This document shows, piece by piece, positions 36,590 to 44,560 of a DNA stretch of 64,000 bases (its first letter is position 1; the number at the start of each line of letters is the position of its first letter). Source of the DNA: an uncultured bacterium (GTDB lineage Bacteria > Verrucomicrobiota > Kiritimatiellia > RFP12 > UBA1067); contig CADCCQ010000027.1 of NCBI GenBank assembly GCA_902799955.1, positions 7,240-71,239 of the forward strand. Reading direction: 5' to 3'. The notes below the pieces were generated by a model. That model was not told where the DNA came from. It did not search any database and saw only the letters and a list, made by a program, of their open reading frames with translations. The translations under genes and the position numbers were made by a program.

Positions 36590-39500
36590 ATGAAGATGAT
36601 GAAAAAGACGATAGTGACGTTTCTCGCGGCGATAACCGCTTTCAGCGTGTGGGCCGCCAAGACGGGAAGCCGCATGGAGGACGCCAAGAAGATCAAGGTC
36701 GGCGGATCCGCTACGGTGAAGCTGGTCGCGGAGTACGACGAGTTCGACAAGTCGTACGACTCCGACAGCGGCGTTTACTGGCTCAAGGTCCAGCTGAACA
36801 GGGGCTCTTCCTACACGGTCTGGATCCAGGGCGGGTCCGCCGGGACGGTCGGCATGGACATCGACACGGCGGACACCGAGGACGACGACGACGTTCCCGG
36901 CGCTTCGTTCGACGACGTCGTGAGCGCCACCTACAACGGCGCGCCGATCCAGTACGCCCACATGGCGGCCGACGCCTGGGACTCGGAGGACCCCTCCAAG
37001 TTCTACTACGCGATCTGCATCACCGGCGACGTCGGCAACCAGACGACGGTGTACGTGCAGTCCGGCATCCGTAACTTCTCCCAGAAGGGCGACGAGAACA
37101 GCCCCGAGGCGGTGTCCTTCACGACCGGCTGGAAGTCGGTGACGAGGAAGCTCATCGACGGCAACTACTACCTCAAGGCGACGCTCAGCGCTGGGTGCAA
37201 GTACCGCGTCCGCACCCTGAAGGGCACCGTCGCGAAGCCACTCGACCTCGCGGTCGACACGGCCAGCGACGAGCTGACATACGACGACTGGTCGGACCCG
37301 CTCTATGTGAAGGACTCCAACTACACCAAGACGCAGAATGTCGCGACGGTCATTGTCCCGGACTCGAAGGGCACGTTCCTCTTCGAGGTCTCCGACGCCA
37401 CCAAGGCGGGCTCCAACCTCAACGGGCAGTTCACCTTCTCGTTCAAGAGGGTCCCGGCGCTTGCGATCGGCTCGCACAAGGCCGTCACCCTCAGCCCGGA
37501 GAACGGCTGGTCGCACCAGTTCGTCCCCGGCAGGATCTCCGCCGACGAGAACTACTACGACAGCATCATCGACGAGAACCTCTGCGTGATCTCGCTCGCC
37601 AAGGGCGACCGCGTGGTCTTCGACACCGACGACGCGTTCGACGCGACGTACGAGATGATCGTGTACAACCCGTCCGGCAAGATCATCGGCAGGAACACCA
37701 CCGTCGGCAACGGCAGCTACGACATGCGCGTGGCGATCCAGGCCGACGTGGCGGGCAAGTACTACGTCGGCGTGTACGACACGACGCTCGACGTGGGCGA
37801 CAGGCCGCCCGCCGAGGCGACGCCCCTGACCCTCACCGCGTACTTCGCGGACGACAAGTTCGGCCCGGCCGACGCGGCCGACCCCGTGGACGACGTGTTC
37901 TCGGGCGCTACCGAGCTCGTCCCCGCGCCGCTATCCTACGGACAGGACGTCCTTGTCGGCGGCTCCCAGAGCGAGGTACACGCGTTCAACGGCGGCGACT
38001 GGCGCGACTGGTACAAGGTCGCCTGCCGCGCCGGGCAGACCTACCAGTTCAAGGCGGAGTACGCCAGCGACGAGACGACGGACATCGTCCTCGGCTACGA
38101 GATATGCACGCTCAACTCCAAGGGCGTCCCCGCAAGGGTCACGTACGCGTCCGGCACGAAGACGTACGTCGAGGGCGATACGCTCGAGGACGGCGTGACG
38201 CTCAACGCGACGAAGAACGCGATGTACTACATCAGGGTGTTCCCCGCGCTCACCGACGGTACGAACGTCATCGAGACGGCGGGCCTGGACTACCCGGACT
38301 ACAGGGTCCGCTCGGGCGTCACGAAGGTCAAGGCGTTCAACGCCGCGACCGACGTGGTCACCGACCCGGTTACGGGCGAGAAGGTCACCAACGTGGTCGA
38401 CATCGCGCTCGGCAAGCTCGTCGTGAAGTCGACCGGCGTGGCAGGCACATATTCGCTGGGCACCGAGACGACGACGTACCCGACAGGCACCTCCCTTGAG
38501 CTCGCCGCCAACAGCTACACGGTCAAGTACACCCCGCCGACCGGATTCAAGGCCACCCTCGCCTCCGAGGTCGCCGCGATCGAGGCCTGGGACACGAACT
38601 CCTCGACGAGGGTCGTCGCCGACCAGCCCGTGACCACGCTGACCGCGCGCTTCTACGACATCTACGACCAGAAGTACGTGATGTCCACGACGAAGAAGAC
38701 CACGACGAAGACGGTGAACGGCAAGAAGACGACCGTCACGACGACAGTGAACAACTACTCGCCAGAGACGGGCGACAACACGATGGAGGGCGCGTTCGCG
38801 CTGCCTGCGCCGACCAACACGACGAAGACCGTCCGCCGCTCGCTCTACGTGGAGGACACCACGGACTTCTTCAAGTTCACGGCCGTGGCAGGCCGCGCAT
38901 ACACGCTCTCGCTCGCCGACTACGTAGACGGCGGCGCGACGGGCGCGGTGATGACGCTCATCCACGCGAGCAACGGCGTGCTGCCGCAGTTCTCGAAGGT
39001 GAAGACCGTCGACAAGGCGCTGCTCCCCGCCGGCGTGATCTACGTCCAGGTCGAGCACGCCGAGGGCTGCGAGGACAAGGACTCCTCCTATGCGCTCTCC
39101 TACCAGGCGATGAACGTCGGCACCGTCGGCTTCACCGCGGCGAACTTCAACGCCGCGGAGTCCGGCGAGTACGCCACGCTCACGCTGAAGCGCACGGCGA
39201 AGCAGGGCGCCGTCTCGGTCAACTACACGACCGTGGCCGGCACGGCGCAGCCGGGCAGCGAGTACTACCCCGCGAGCGGCGTCGTCAAGTGGGCGTCCGG
39301 CGACATGGCCAACAAGACGATCAAGATAAGGCTCATCCCCGACCTTGAGCCGACCTGGGAGTCGAACAAGGTGTTCACCGTCAGGCTGTGGGAGGCCGAG
39401 AGGGCCGACTTCGCCGCCGGCGACTACCCGGTGGGATTCATCGCCGGGCGCGACTCCGCCACTGTGACGATCACCGAGGCGACCGCGGTTAAGGCGGGCA

Positions 39501-42500
39501 CGGTCTCCATCACCGGCTACGGCCCGAGCGAGTCCGAGATCACGCCCGTCGCCAACCTCAAGGCGCCGGTGGTCTCCGGCCAGGTCGGCGCGCCGCTCGT
39601 CCTCAGGCTGTCGCGCACTGGCGGCACCAACGGCATCGTCGGCGTGAAGTTCGCGTTCCCCGGCAAGAACGGCAAGGTGGTCGACACCGCCGTGAAGGCG
39701 AAGGACTACGTGGCGCGTGCCGAGACTGACGACGTCGTCAACACCGTCGTCTGGGAGAACTTCGACGCGACCGACAAGTACGTCACGATCAACACCCTCA
39801 TGACGACGAACTACACGCTCTCCAAGCAGTTCACGTTCACCCTCGCGGCGCTCACGACGAAGGGTTACGCAAAGCCCGCGCTCTCCGCCGCGACCGGGAC
39901 CGCGAAGCTCATCAACAACACCGTCGGCACCACCGCCGCGTCGTTCGCGAACACCGTCAAGGCGGTGGGCGGCATCACGCAGGCCGTGACCGGCACGTGG
40001 TACGTCGACAGGAACGACGGCGAGTTCAAGAGTTCGCCGGCGAACGCCACGCTCACCTACACGCTCACGGGCCCTGGCTTCTTCGCCATCAAGCCGCGCC
40101 TCAACGACGGCGGCGACGCCGAGACGCCGTCCACCGCGACGCTCAAGCTCCAGATCGGCACGCTCAACGCGAAGAAGGCCTTCGTCGCGTCCGAGACGAT
40201 CGACTGCCTGGCGGAGGGCGCGCCCGAGAGGATCGAGAGGCTGATCGCCGGCTCGAAGGTCGTCAAGCTCACGTTCGCCGGCGGCAACAAGAAGGAGTTC
40301 GTCGAGCTCGAGAACGACGCCGACACCGGCCTGCCGTTCAAGTGGGTGAGGTTCGCCACCGTGGCGGCCGACAGGCCCATGGCCAAGTCCGTCGTCACGA
40401 CGAACGGCCTCGAGTCGCTCAGGTGGAAGGTTCCCGCGGCGCTGCAGGACGAGAACATAAAGGTCGTCGCGAGGTTCGGCACGGTCGCCAAGCTCGCCGC
40501 CGCCCACGACCTCGTCACCAACGATGTGGACGTGGCCAGCGCCCCGATCGCGGAGGGGACGCTCCTGCCCGCCAAGACATACTACTGGACGCTTGCGTTC
40601 GGCCTCGGCGACGAGCCGGAGACCTGGATCGCCCATCCGACGACGTGGAGCTTCTCTGTCATCAAGGACGGCTTCCCGGAGACATCCTTTGGCGGCCTTG
40701 ACCCGTGGGGCGACAACATTTCCCTGAAGATCGCGAAGGAGGAGCCGATCACGCTGATCCAGACGCTCAAGGCGCCGCTCACGCTCACCGGCACGGCGTC
40801 CGCGAACCGCTTCAGGCTTGCCGGCGGCAAGCTGCCCCCGGGGCTCGCCATCAACGCGACGACCGGCAAGCTCACCGGCGCGCCGTCGACGCCCGGCGAA
40901 TACGATGCGCTGCTCCAGGCCTACTACTACAAGCAGACGACCAAGACCGTGAACAGGAAGAAGGTCACGACCACGACGACGAACTACGGCACGACCCAGC
41001 AGGTCAAGTTCATCGTCGAACCGGCGGGCCTTGCGATCGGCACGTTCAGGGGCGCCCTCGTTGAGACCGGCGCGCAGGTGTCGAAGAACTCCGCCAAGAC
41101 CGGCCTCGTGACCGTCTCCACGACGTCCGCCGGCAAGATCACCGCGACCGTCAAGGTCTCCGGCAACTCCTACACGTTCACCGGCACGGGCTATGACGAG
41201 CTGACCGACGAGAAGGACGACGGCGGGCTCGGCCGCGAGTTCTCGGTGAAGCTCAGGAACATCACCTCGCTCGTGAAGACGACGACGAAGACCGTGAACG
41301 GCAAGAAGACGACCGTCAAGACGTCGACGCCGTACACCAACGAGCTCGAGCTCGTCGTCTGGGACGGCTCCGTCACCAACGCCACCGCCATCGGCGAGTC
41401 GATCGGCTCGGCGAGGCTCGTGATGAACGTGCCCAACACGCTTGTCGCGAAGGCGACGACGATGGAAGGCGGCATCGAGTACAACGCGGAGCTCTTCCGC
41501 GCCTGCGGCGGCACGGACGTCGGCAAGGCGGCCCTCGCGCCGTTCGCCGGGTACTATACGATCGCCCTTGCGCCAAGCGGAGTCTCCGCGGCCGACGGCG
41601 TCCCGCTCGGCAACGGCTACCTCACGATGACGCTCTCGGAGACGGGCGGCGCGACGTTCGCCGGAATGCTCGCGGACGGCGCGGCGGTCTCCGTCTCCTC
41701 CGCGGCGTCGGTGCAGGGCGCGGACGTCCTCGACCCCGACCAGTGCGTGGTTTGCATACCGTTCCACTTCTCCGCCGACATCCGCTCGGTCACCGGCGTC
41801 ATGAAGCTCGTCTACGCGACCGACGGCGACGGCAACGCCGCGCCGGTCGTGGACTCGACGTCCATGTTCCTCTGGAGCCGCGACAAGGCGGCGGCCGCTT
41901 CGCTCGACGGCCTCGGCTACGCCATCGACGTCGCGCCGACGGGCGGCTGGTACAACAAGACGTGGAACGTCCAGCGCTACTACCTCGACAGCGACCTCGC
42001 CATACAGGCCGCCGGCGCGGAGGAGCTCGCCGCCGTCGCCGACGCGACCGGCACCCTCGGCACGGGCTACGAGTTCAAGCCGTACTGCACGCCGACCGAC
42101 CTCTCGGTCAAGCTGACGAACAACGGCGTGTCGGTCGACAAGCGCGCTCTCGTGAAGGAGTCGTCGACGCTCCTCTACGACCTCGCCAAGAGCGTCAACC
42201 CGTGGGCGGCCACGTACTCCTACGCCAGGGCGACCGGCCTTGTCTCCGGCACGTTCTCCGCCTGGAAGGAGACCCCGGCGACGACGAAGCAGGGCGAGAT
42301 CAAGAGCATCGCCCACAAGGGCGTGATGATCTTCTTCCGCGACGACGCTTCGCCGCTGGACGAGAACGCCTGGTCCGCCGGTTACTACCTGATCCAGGCC
42401 ACCAAGAACTGGAAGGCGTCGCTGCCGTTCAACGTGATCGCCACGCCGATCAGCGGCGGGCGCGACTGGAACGAGACGCCCGTCCCCGGCGAGGAACCTG

Positions 42501-42511
42501 ACGGGGACTGA
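36590..42511 (+). CDS. giant secreted protein with Calx-beta-like and Ig-like domains and the same C-terminal domain as the upstream gene
   Basis: signal peptide; VSVNYTTVAGTAQPGSEY..SGVVKWASGD; GGKLPPGLAINATTGKLTGAP; GYYTIAL..GNGYLTMTL; three TTKTVN(G/R)KK motifs. Confidence 0.75.
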   Translation: MKMMKKTIVTFLAAITAFSVWAAKTGSRMEDAKKIKVGGSATVKLVAEYDEFDKSYDSDSGVYWLKVQLNRGSSYTVWIQGGSAGTVGMDIDTADTEDDDDVPGASFDDVVSATYNGAPIQYAHMAADAWDSEDPSKFYYAICITGDVGNQTTVYVQSGIRNFSQKGDENSPEAVSFTTGWKSVTRKLIDGNYYLKATLSAGCKYRVRTLKGTVAKPLDLAVDTASDELTYDDWSDPLYVKDSNYTKTQNVATVIVPDSKGTFLFEVSDATKAGSNLNGQFTFSFKRVPALAIGSHKAVTLSPENGWSHQFVPGRISADENYYDSIIDENLCVISLAKGDRVVFDTDDAFDATYEMIVYNPSGKIIGRNTTVGNGSYDMRVAIQADVAGKYYVGVYDTTLDVGDRPPAEATPLTLTAYFADDKFGPADAADPVDDVFSGATELVPAPLSYGQDVLVGGSQSEVHAFNGGDWRDWYKVACRAGQTYQFKAEYASDETTDIVLGYEICTLNSKGVPARVTYASGTKTYVEGDTLEDGVTLNATKNAMYYIRVFPALTDGTNVIETAGLDYPDYRVRSGVTKVKAFNAATDVVTDPVTGEKVTNVVDIALGKLVVKSTGVAGTYSLGTETTTYPTGTSLELAANSYTVKYTPPTGFKATLASEVAAIEAWDTNSSTRVVADQPVTTLTARFYDIYDQKYVMSTTKKTTTKTVNGKKTTVTTTVNNYSPETGDNTMEGAFALPAPTNTTKTVRRSLYVEDTTDFFKFTAVAGRAYTLSLADYVDGGATGAVMTLIHASNGVLPQFSKVKTVDKALLPAGVIYVQVEHAEGCEDKDSSYALSYQAMNVGTVGFTAANFNAAESGEYATLTLKRTAKQGAVSVNYTTVAGTAQPGSEYYPASGVVKWASGDMANKTIKIRLIPDLEPTWESNKVFTVRLWEAERADFAAGDYPVGFIAGRDSATVTITEATAVKAGTVSITGYGPSESEITPVANLKAPVVSGQVGAPLVLRLSRTGGTNGIVGVKFAFPGKNGKVVDTAVKAKDYVARAETDDVVNTVVWENFDATDKYVTINTLMTTNYTLSKQFTFTLAALTTKGYAKPALSAATGTAKLINNTVGTTAASFANTVKAVGGITQAVTGTWYVDRNDGEFKSSPANATLTYTLTGPGFFAIKPRLNDGGDAETPSTATLKLQIGTLNAKKAFVASETIDCLAEGAPERIERLIAGSKVVKLTFAGGNKKEFVELENDADTGLPFKWVRFATVAADRPMAKSVVTTNGLESLRWKVPAALQDENIKVVARFGTVAKLAAAHDLVTNDVDVASAPIAEGTLLPAKTYYWTLAFGLGDEPETWIAHPTTWSFSVIKDGFPETSFGGLDPWGDNISLKIAKEEPITLIQTLKAPLTLTGTASANRFRLAGGKLPPGLAINATTGKLTGAPSTPGEYDALLQAYYYKQTTKTVNRKKVTTTTTNYGTTQQVKFIVEPAGLAIGTFRGALVETGAQVSKNSAKTGLVTVSTTSAGKITATVKVSGNSYTFTGTGYDELTDEKDDGGLGREFSVKLRNITSLVKTTTKTVNGKKTTVKTSTPYTNELELVVWDGSVTNATAIGESIGSARLVMNVPNTLVAKATTMEGGIEYNAELFRACGGTDVGKAALAPFAGYYTIALAPSGVSAADGVPLGNGYLTMTLSETGGATFAGMLADGAAVSVSSAASVQGADVLDPDQCVVCIPFHFSADIRSVTGVMKLVYATDGDGNAAPVVDSTSMFLWSRDKAAAASLDGLGYAIDVAPTGGWYNKTWNVQRYYLDSDLAIQAAGAEELAAVADATGTLGTGYEFKPYCTPTDLSVKLTNNGVSVDKRALVKESSTLLYDLAKSVNPWAATYSYARATGLVSGTFSAWKETPATTKQGEIKSIAHKGVMIFFRDDASPLDENAWSAGYYLIQATKNWKASLPFNVIATPISGGRDWNETPVPGEEPDGD

Positions 42512-42516
42512 GCGAG

Positions 42517-44445
42517 ATGAAGCCATACCGCCTTGCCCTTGTGGCAGCGCTCCTCGGAGGGTCGCTTCTTGCGGCCCCCGGGGAGTTCCCGCTTTCATCG
42601 GCGTACATCGCGCCGGCAAACCAGATCTTCTACCGCCTCAGGCACGAGAACGGACTCTACCGCGAGTTCCAGCGCGACATTGAGACGCCGCAGCTGATGC
42701 TTGGCGCTGGCGGATGGAAGGGCTTTTTCGAAGGCGGGCACATCGTCATCCAGGCGCCCGGCAAGGCGAATGGCGAGGTCCCCCCGACGTGGGTATTCCT
42801 CAACGGACGCGTCACGCGGTTCATCGCGCCCGGCGTCACGAACGACATTCCGTACAACGCCGCGCGCAAGGCCCCCGAGGGCGTCGCGCCGCCGTACTTC
42901 TTCGGCACCAGGCAGGAGGCGGCAGCCGTCGGCGCGAAGAAGGCGAAGAAGGACGCGAAGAACATAACGAAGAACCTCTTCAAGAACAAGTGGGACGGCA
43001 AGGAGCGCCTGACATGGCCTTTCGCGAACCCCAACGAGAACGGCTTCCTCTTCGCCGGGTTCGCGATTCTCGCGTTCGCCCTCCTGCTCAACGGCGAAAG
43101 GCCGATAAAGGCGCTGATTCGCCCCGGCACCGACGCGCTCGTCGTCGTGGTCGTGGTTAAGGTCGTGGGCGCGGTGCTTTTCGCCGGTTTCAGCGGACTT
43201 ATGTTCCTGACGTTCTCCAGGGGCGCGTTCCTCGCCGCCTTTGTCGGCTGCATTGCAGTCGCAGGCTTCGGGTTCAGGAGCTTCAAGTGCAAGGCCACCC
43301 TGATCGCCGTCGCCGTCATCGCCGGGGTGATGCTCGCCGGCGCGGCCGGCGTCGTGTGCCATCGCGGCGTGGACAATATGAAGAAGGTCCTCTTCCGGGG
43401 CTTCAACGGCAAGTCCTCCTGGTCCAACCAGGTTCGCTACGACATGTGGAAGGCCGCGCCCAGGATGATGCTCGACGCCCCGTATGGATGGGAGGGCGTG
43501 AACGTCGGGCGGGCCTATCTCGACTGGTACGAGCAGGTCGACATCCTCACCGCGCCGGGGTCCCTCATGAACGACCACCTGACGCGCATGACGCGCTACG
43601 GGTGGAGGGGACGCTCCGTCTATGCGTTTTCGTGGCTCGCCCTGCTTGCCGCGCTTGCGATGTGGGGCGCGAGGAAGGGCAACGGCGCGCCGTTCGGGGC
43701 GGTCCTGGCATTCGGCGTCGCCGCATGGTTCAACCCCGTGATGCCGAATCCATACCTGTGGGCCGTTCCGGTGCTGTCGCTTCTTGTCGTCGCCGCCGAC
43801 GCCTGGCGCTGGCGCGGAAAGGCGACGGTGTACTGCCTGTCGGCGGCGTCCCTCTTCGGAGCAGCCGCGACAGGCGTGGTCGCATGGTCCATATACCTCA
43901 AAGGCGAGGGCGCCAGGGCGGAGGCCCGCAAGGCAAGGCCGGACGTCTCGGTCAGGGTCGAGCGGACCGGTGCCGTGCTGGTGAAGAACCTGAAGAACCC
44001 GTCGATCTGGGTCCTCGACGACGGGAACACGCTTGGCGGGATCTTCACCTGCAAAGAGATACGAAGCACGTACATGCGCGGGAAGTCCATCCCCGGAATC
44101 GCCTACGCGAGGCGCGTCGACCAGCTTCCGGAGAAGGGCGTGAAGAGGCTCGTGCTGGGCGGCGAGGTCGGCGACGAATGGCTCAAGAAGGTCGCGAAGG
44201 ACGAGAACGCCCGCAAGAACCTGCCGCCGGAGGTCGTGTTCATCTCCCCGCCGTTCCCGCCGTCGGCCATCCCGACCGCGCTTCTGGACGAATGCAACGT
44301 GAAATACGTCACAGGCGAGTTCAACGCGCGCCACTACCCCGAGATCACCGGCCCGGAGGCCAGCCCTCCGCCGTGGGTGGAGGTAGAGAGGGGTATGGAG
44401 CTCTACATCATGGGCTGGATGCGCTACGCCATCGGGCGGTGGTAA
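42517..44445 (+). CDS. O-antigen ligase-like (Wzy_C) membrane protein with soluble N- and C-terminal extensions
   Basis: FANPNENG, FLTFSRGAFLA, loop with VRYDMWKAA, several TM helices. Confidence 0.68.
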   Translation: MKPYRLALVAALLGGSLLAAPGEFPLSSAYIAPANQIFYRLRHENGLYREFQRDIETPQLMLGAGGWKGFFEGGHIVIQAPGKANGEVPPTWVFLNGRVTRFIAPGVTNDIPYNAARKAPEGVAPPYFFGTRQEAAAVGAKKAKKDAKNITKNLFKNKWDGKERLTWPFANPNENGFLFAGFAILAFALLLNGERPIKALIRPGTDALVVVVVVKVVGAVLFAGFSGLMFLTFSRGAFLAAFVGCIAVAGFGFRSFKCKATLIAVAVIAGVMLAGAAGVVCHRGVDNMKKVLFRGFNGKSSWSNQVRYDMWKAAPRMMLDAPYGWEGVNVGRAYLDWYEQVDILTAPGSLMNDHLTRMTRYGWRGRSVYAFSWLALLAALAMWGARKGNGAPFGAVLAFGVAAWFNPVMPNPYLWAVPVLSLLVVAADAWRWRGKATVYCLSAASLFGAAATGVVAWSIYLKGEGARAEARKARPDVSVRVERTGAVLVKNLKNPSIWVLDDGNTLGGIFTCKEIRSTYMRGKSIPGIAYARRVDQLPEKGVKRLVLGGEVGDEWLKKVAKDENARKNLPPEVVFISPPFPPSAIPTALLDECNVKYVTGEFNARHYPEITGPEASPPPWVEVERGMELYIMGWMRYAIGRW

Positions 44446-44467
44446 ATTTCTGCAGAGTTGCCCGATT

Positions 44468-44553
44468 TGTGGCATTATACCTGTATGCGGGCGTTCTGAC
44501 GAAGAGGAATGATTCACGGCGGCATTGAAAACCTTGTTTTGTTGTGGTATAAT
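44468..44553 (+). repeat. 75-bp promoter-bearing repeat unit upstream of the HzsA-like cluster
   Basis: TGTGG at 44468 and 44543; GCGTTCTGACGAAGA; TTTTGTTGTGGTATAAT ends 7 nt before ATG 44561. Confidence 0.75.
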
Positions 44554-44560
44554 TTCCTCC

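Noticed and set aside
31729-42619. Very long antisense ORFs (31729..36750 and 37931..42619) and similar shadow ORFs across the window
   Set aside because: They mirror real genes in high-GC DNA with strong GC3 bias, and their Arg/Gly/Val-rich translations have no motifs
44491-44535. CTGACGA resembling the hammerhead ribozyme core CUGANGA
   Set aside because: No consistent stem II followed by GAAA in the other copies (13441-13500, 26161-26220)
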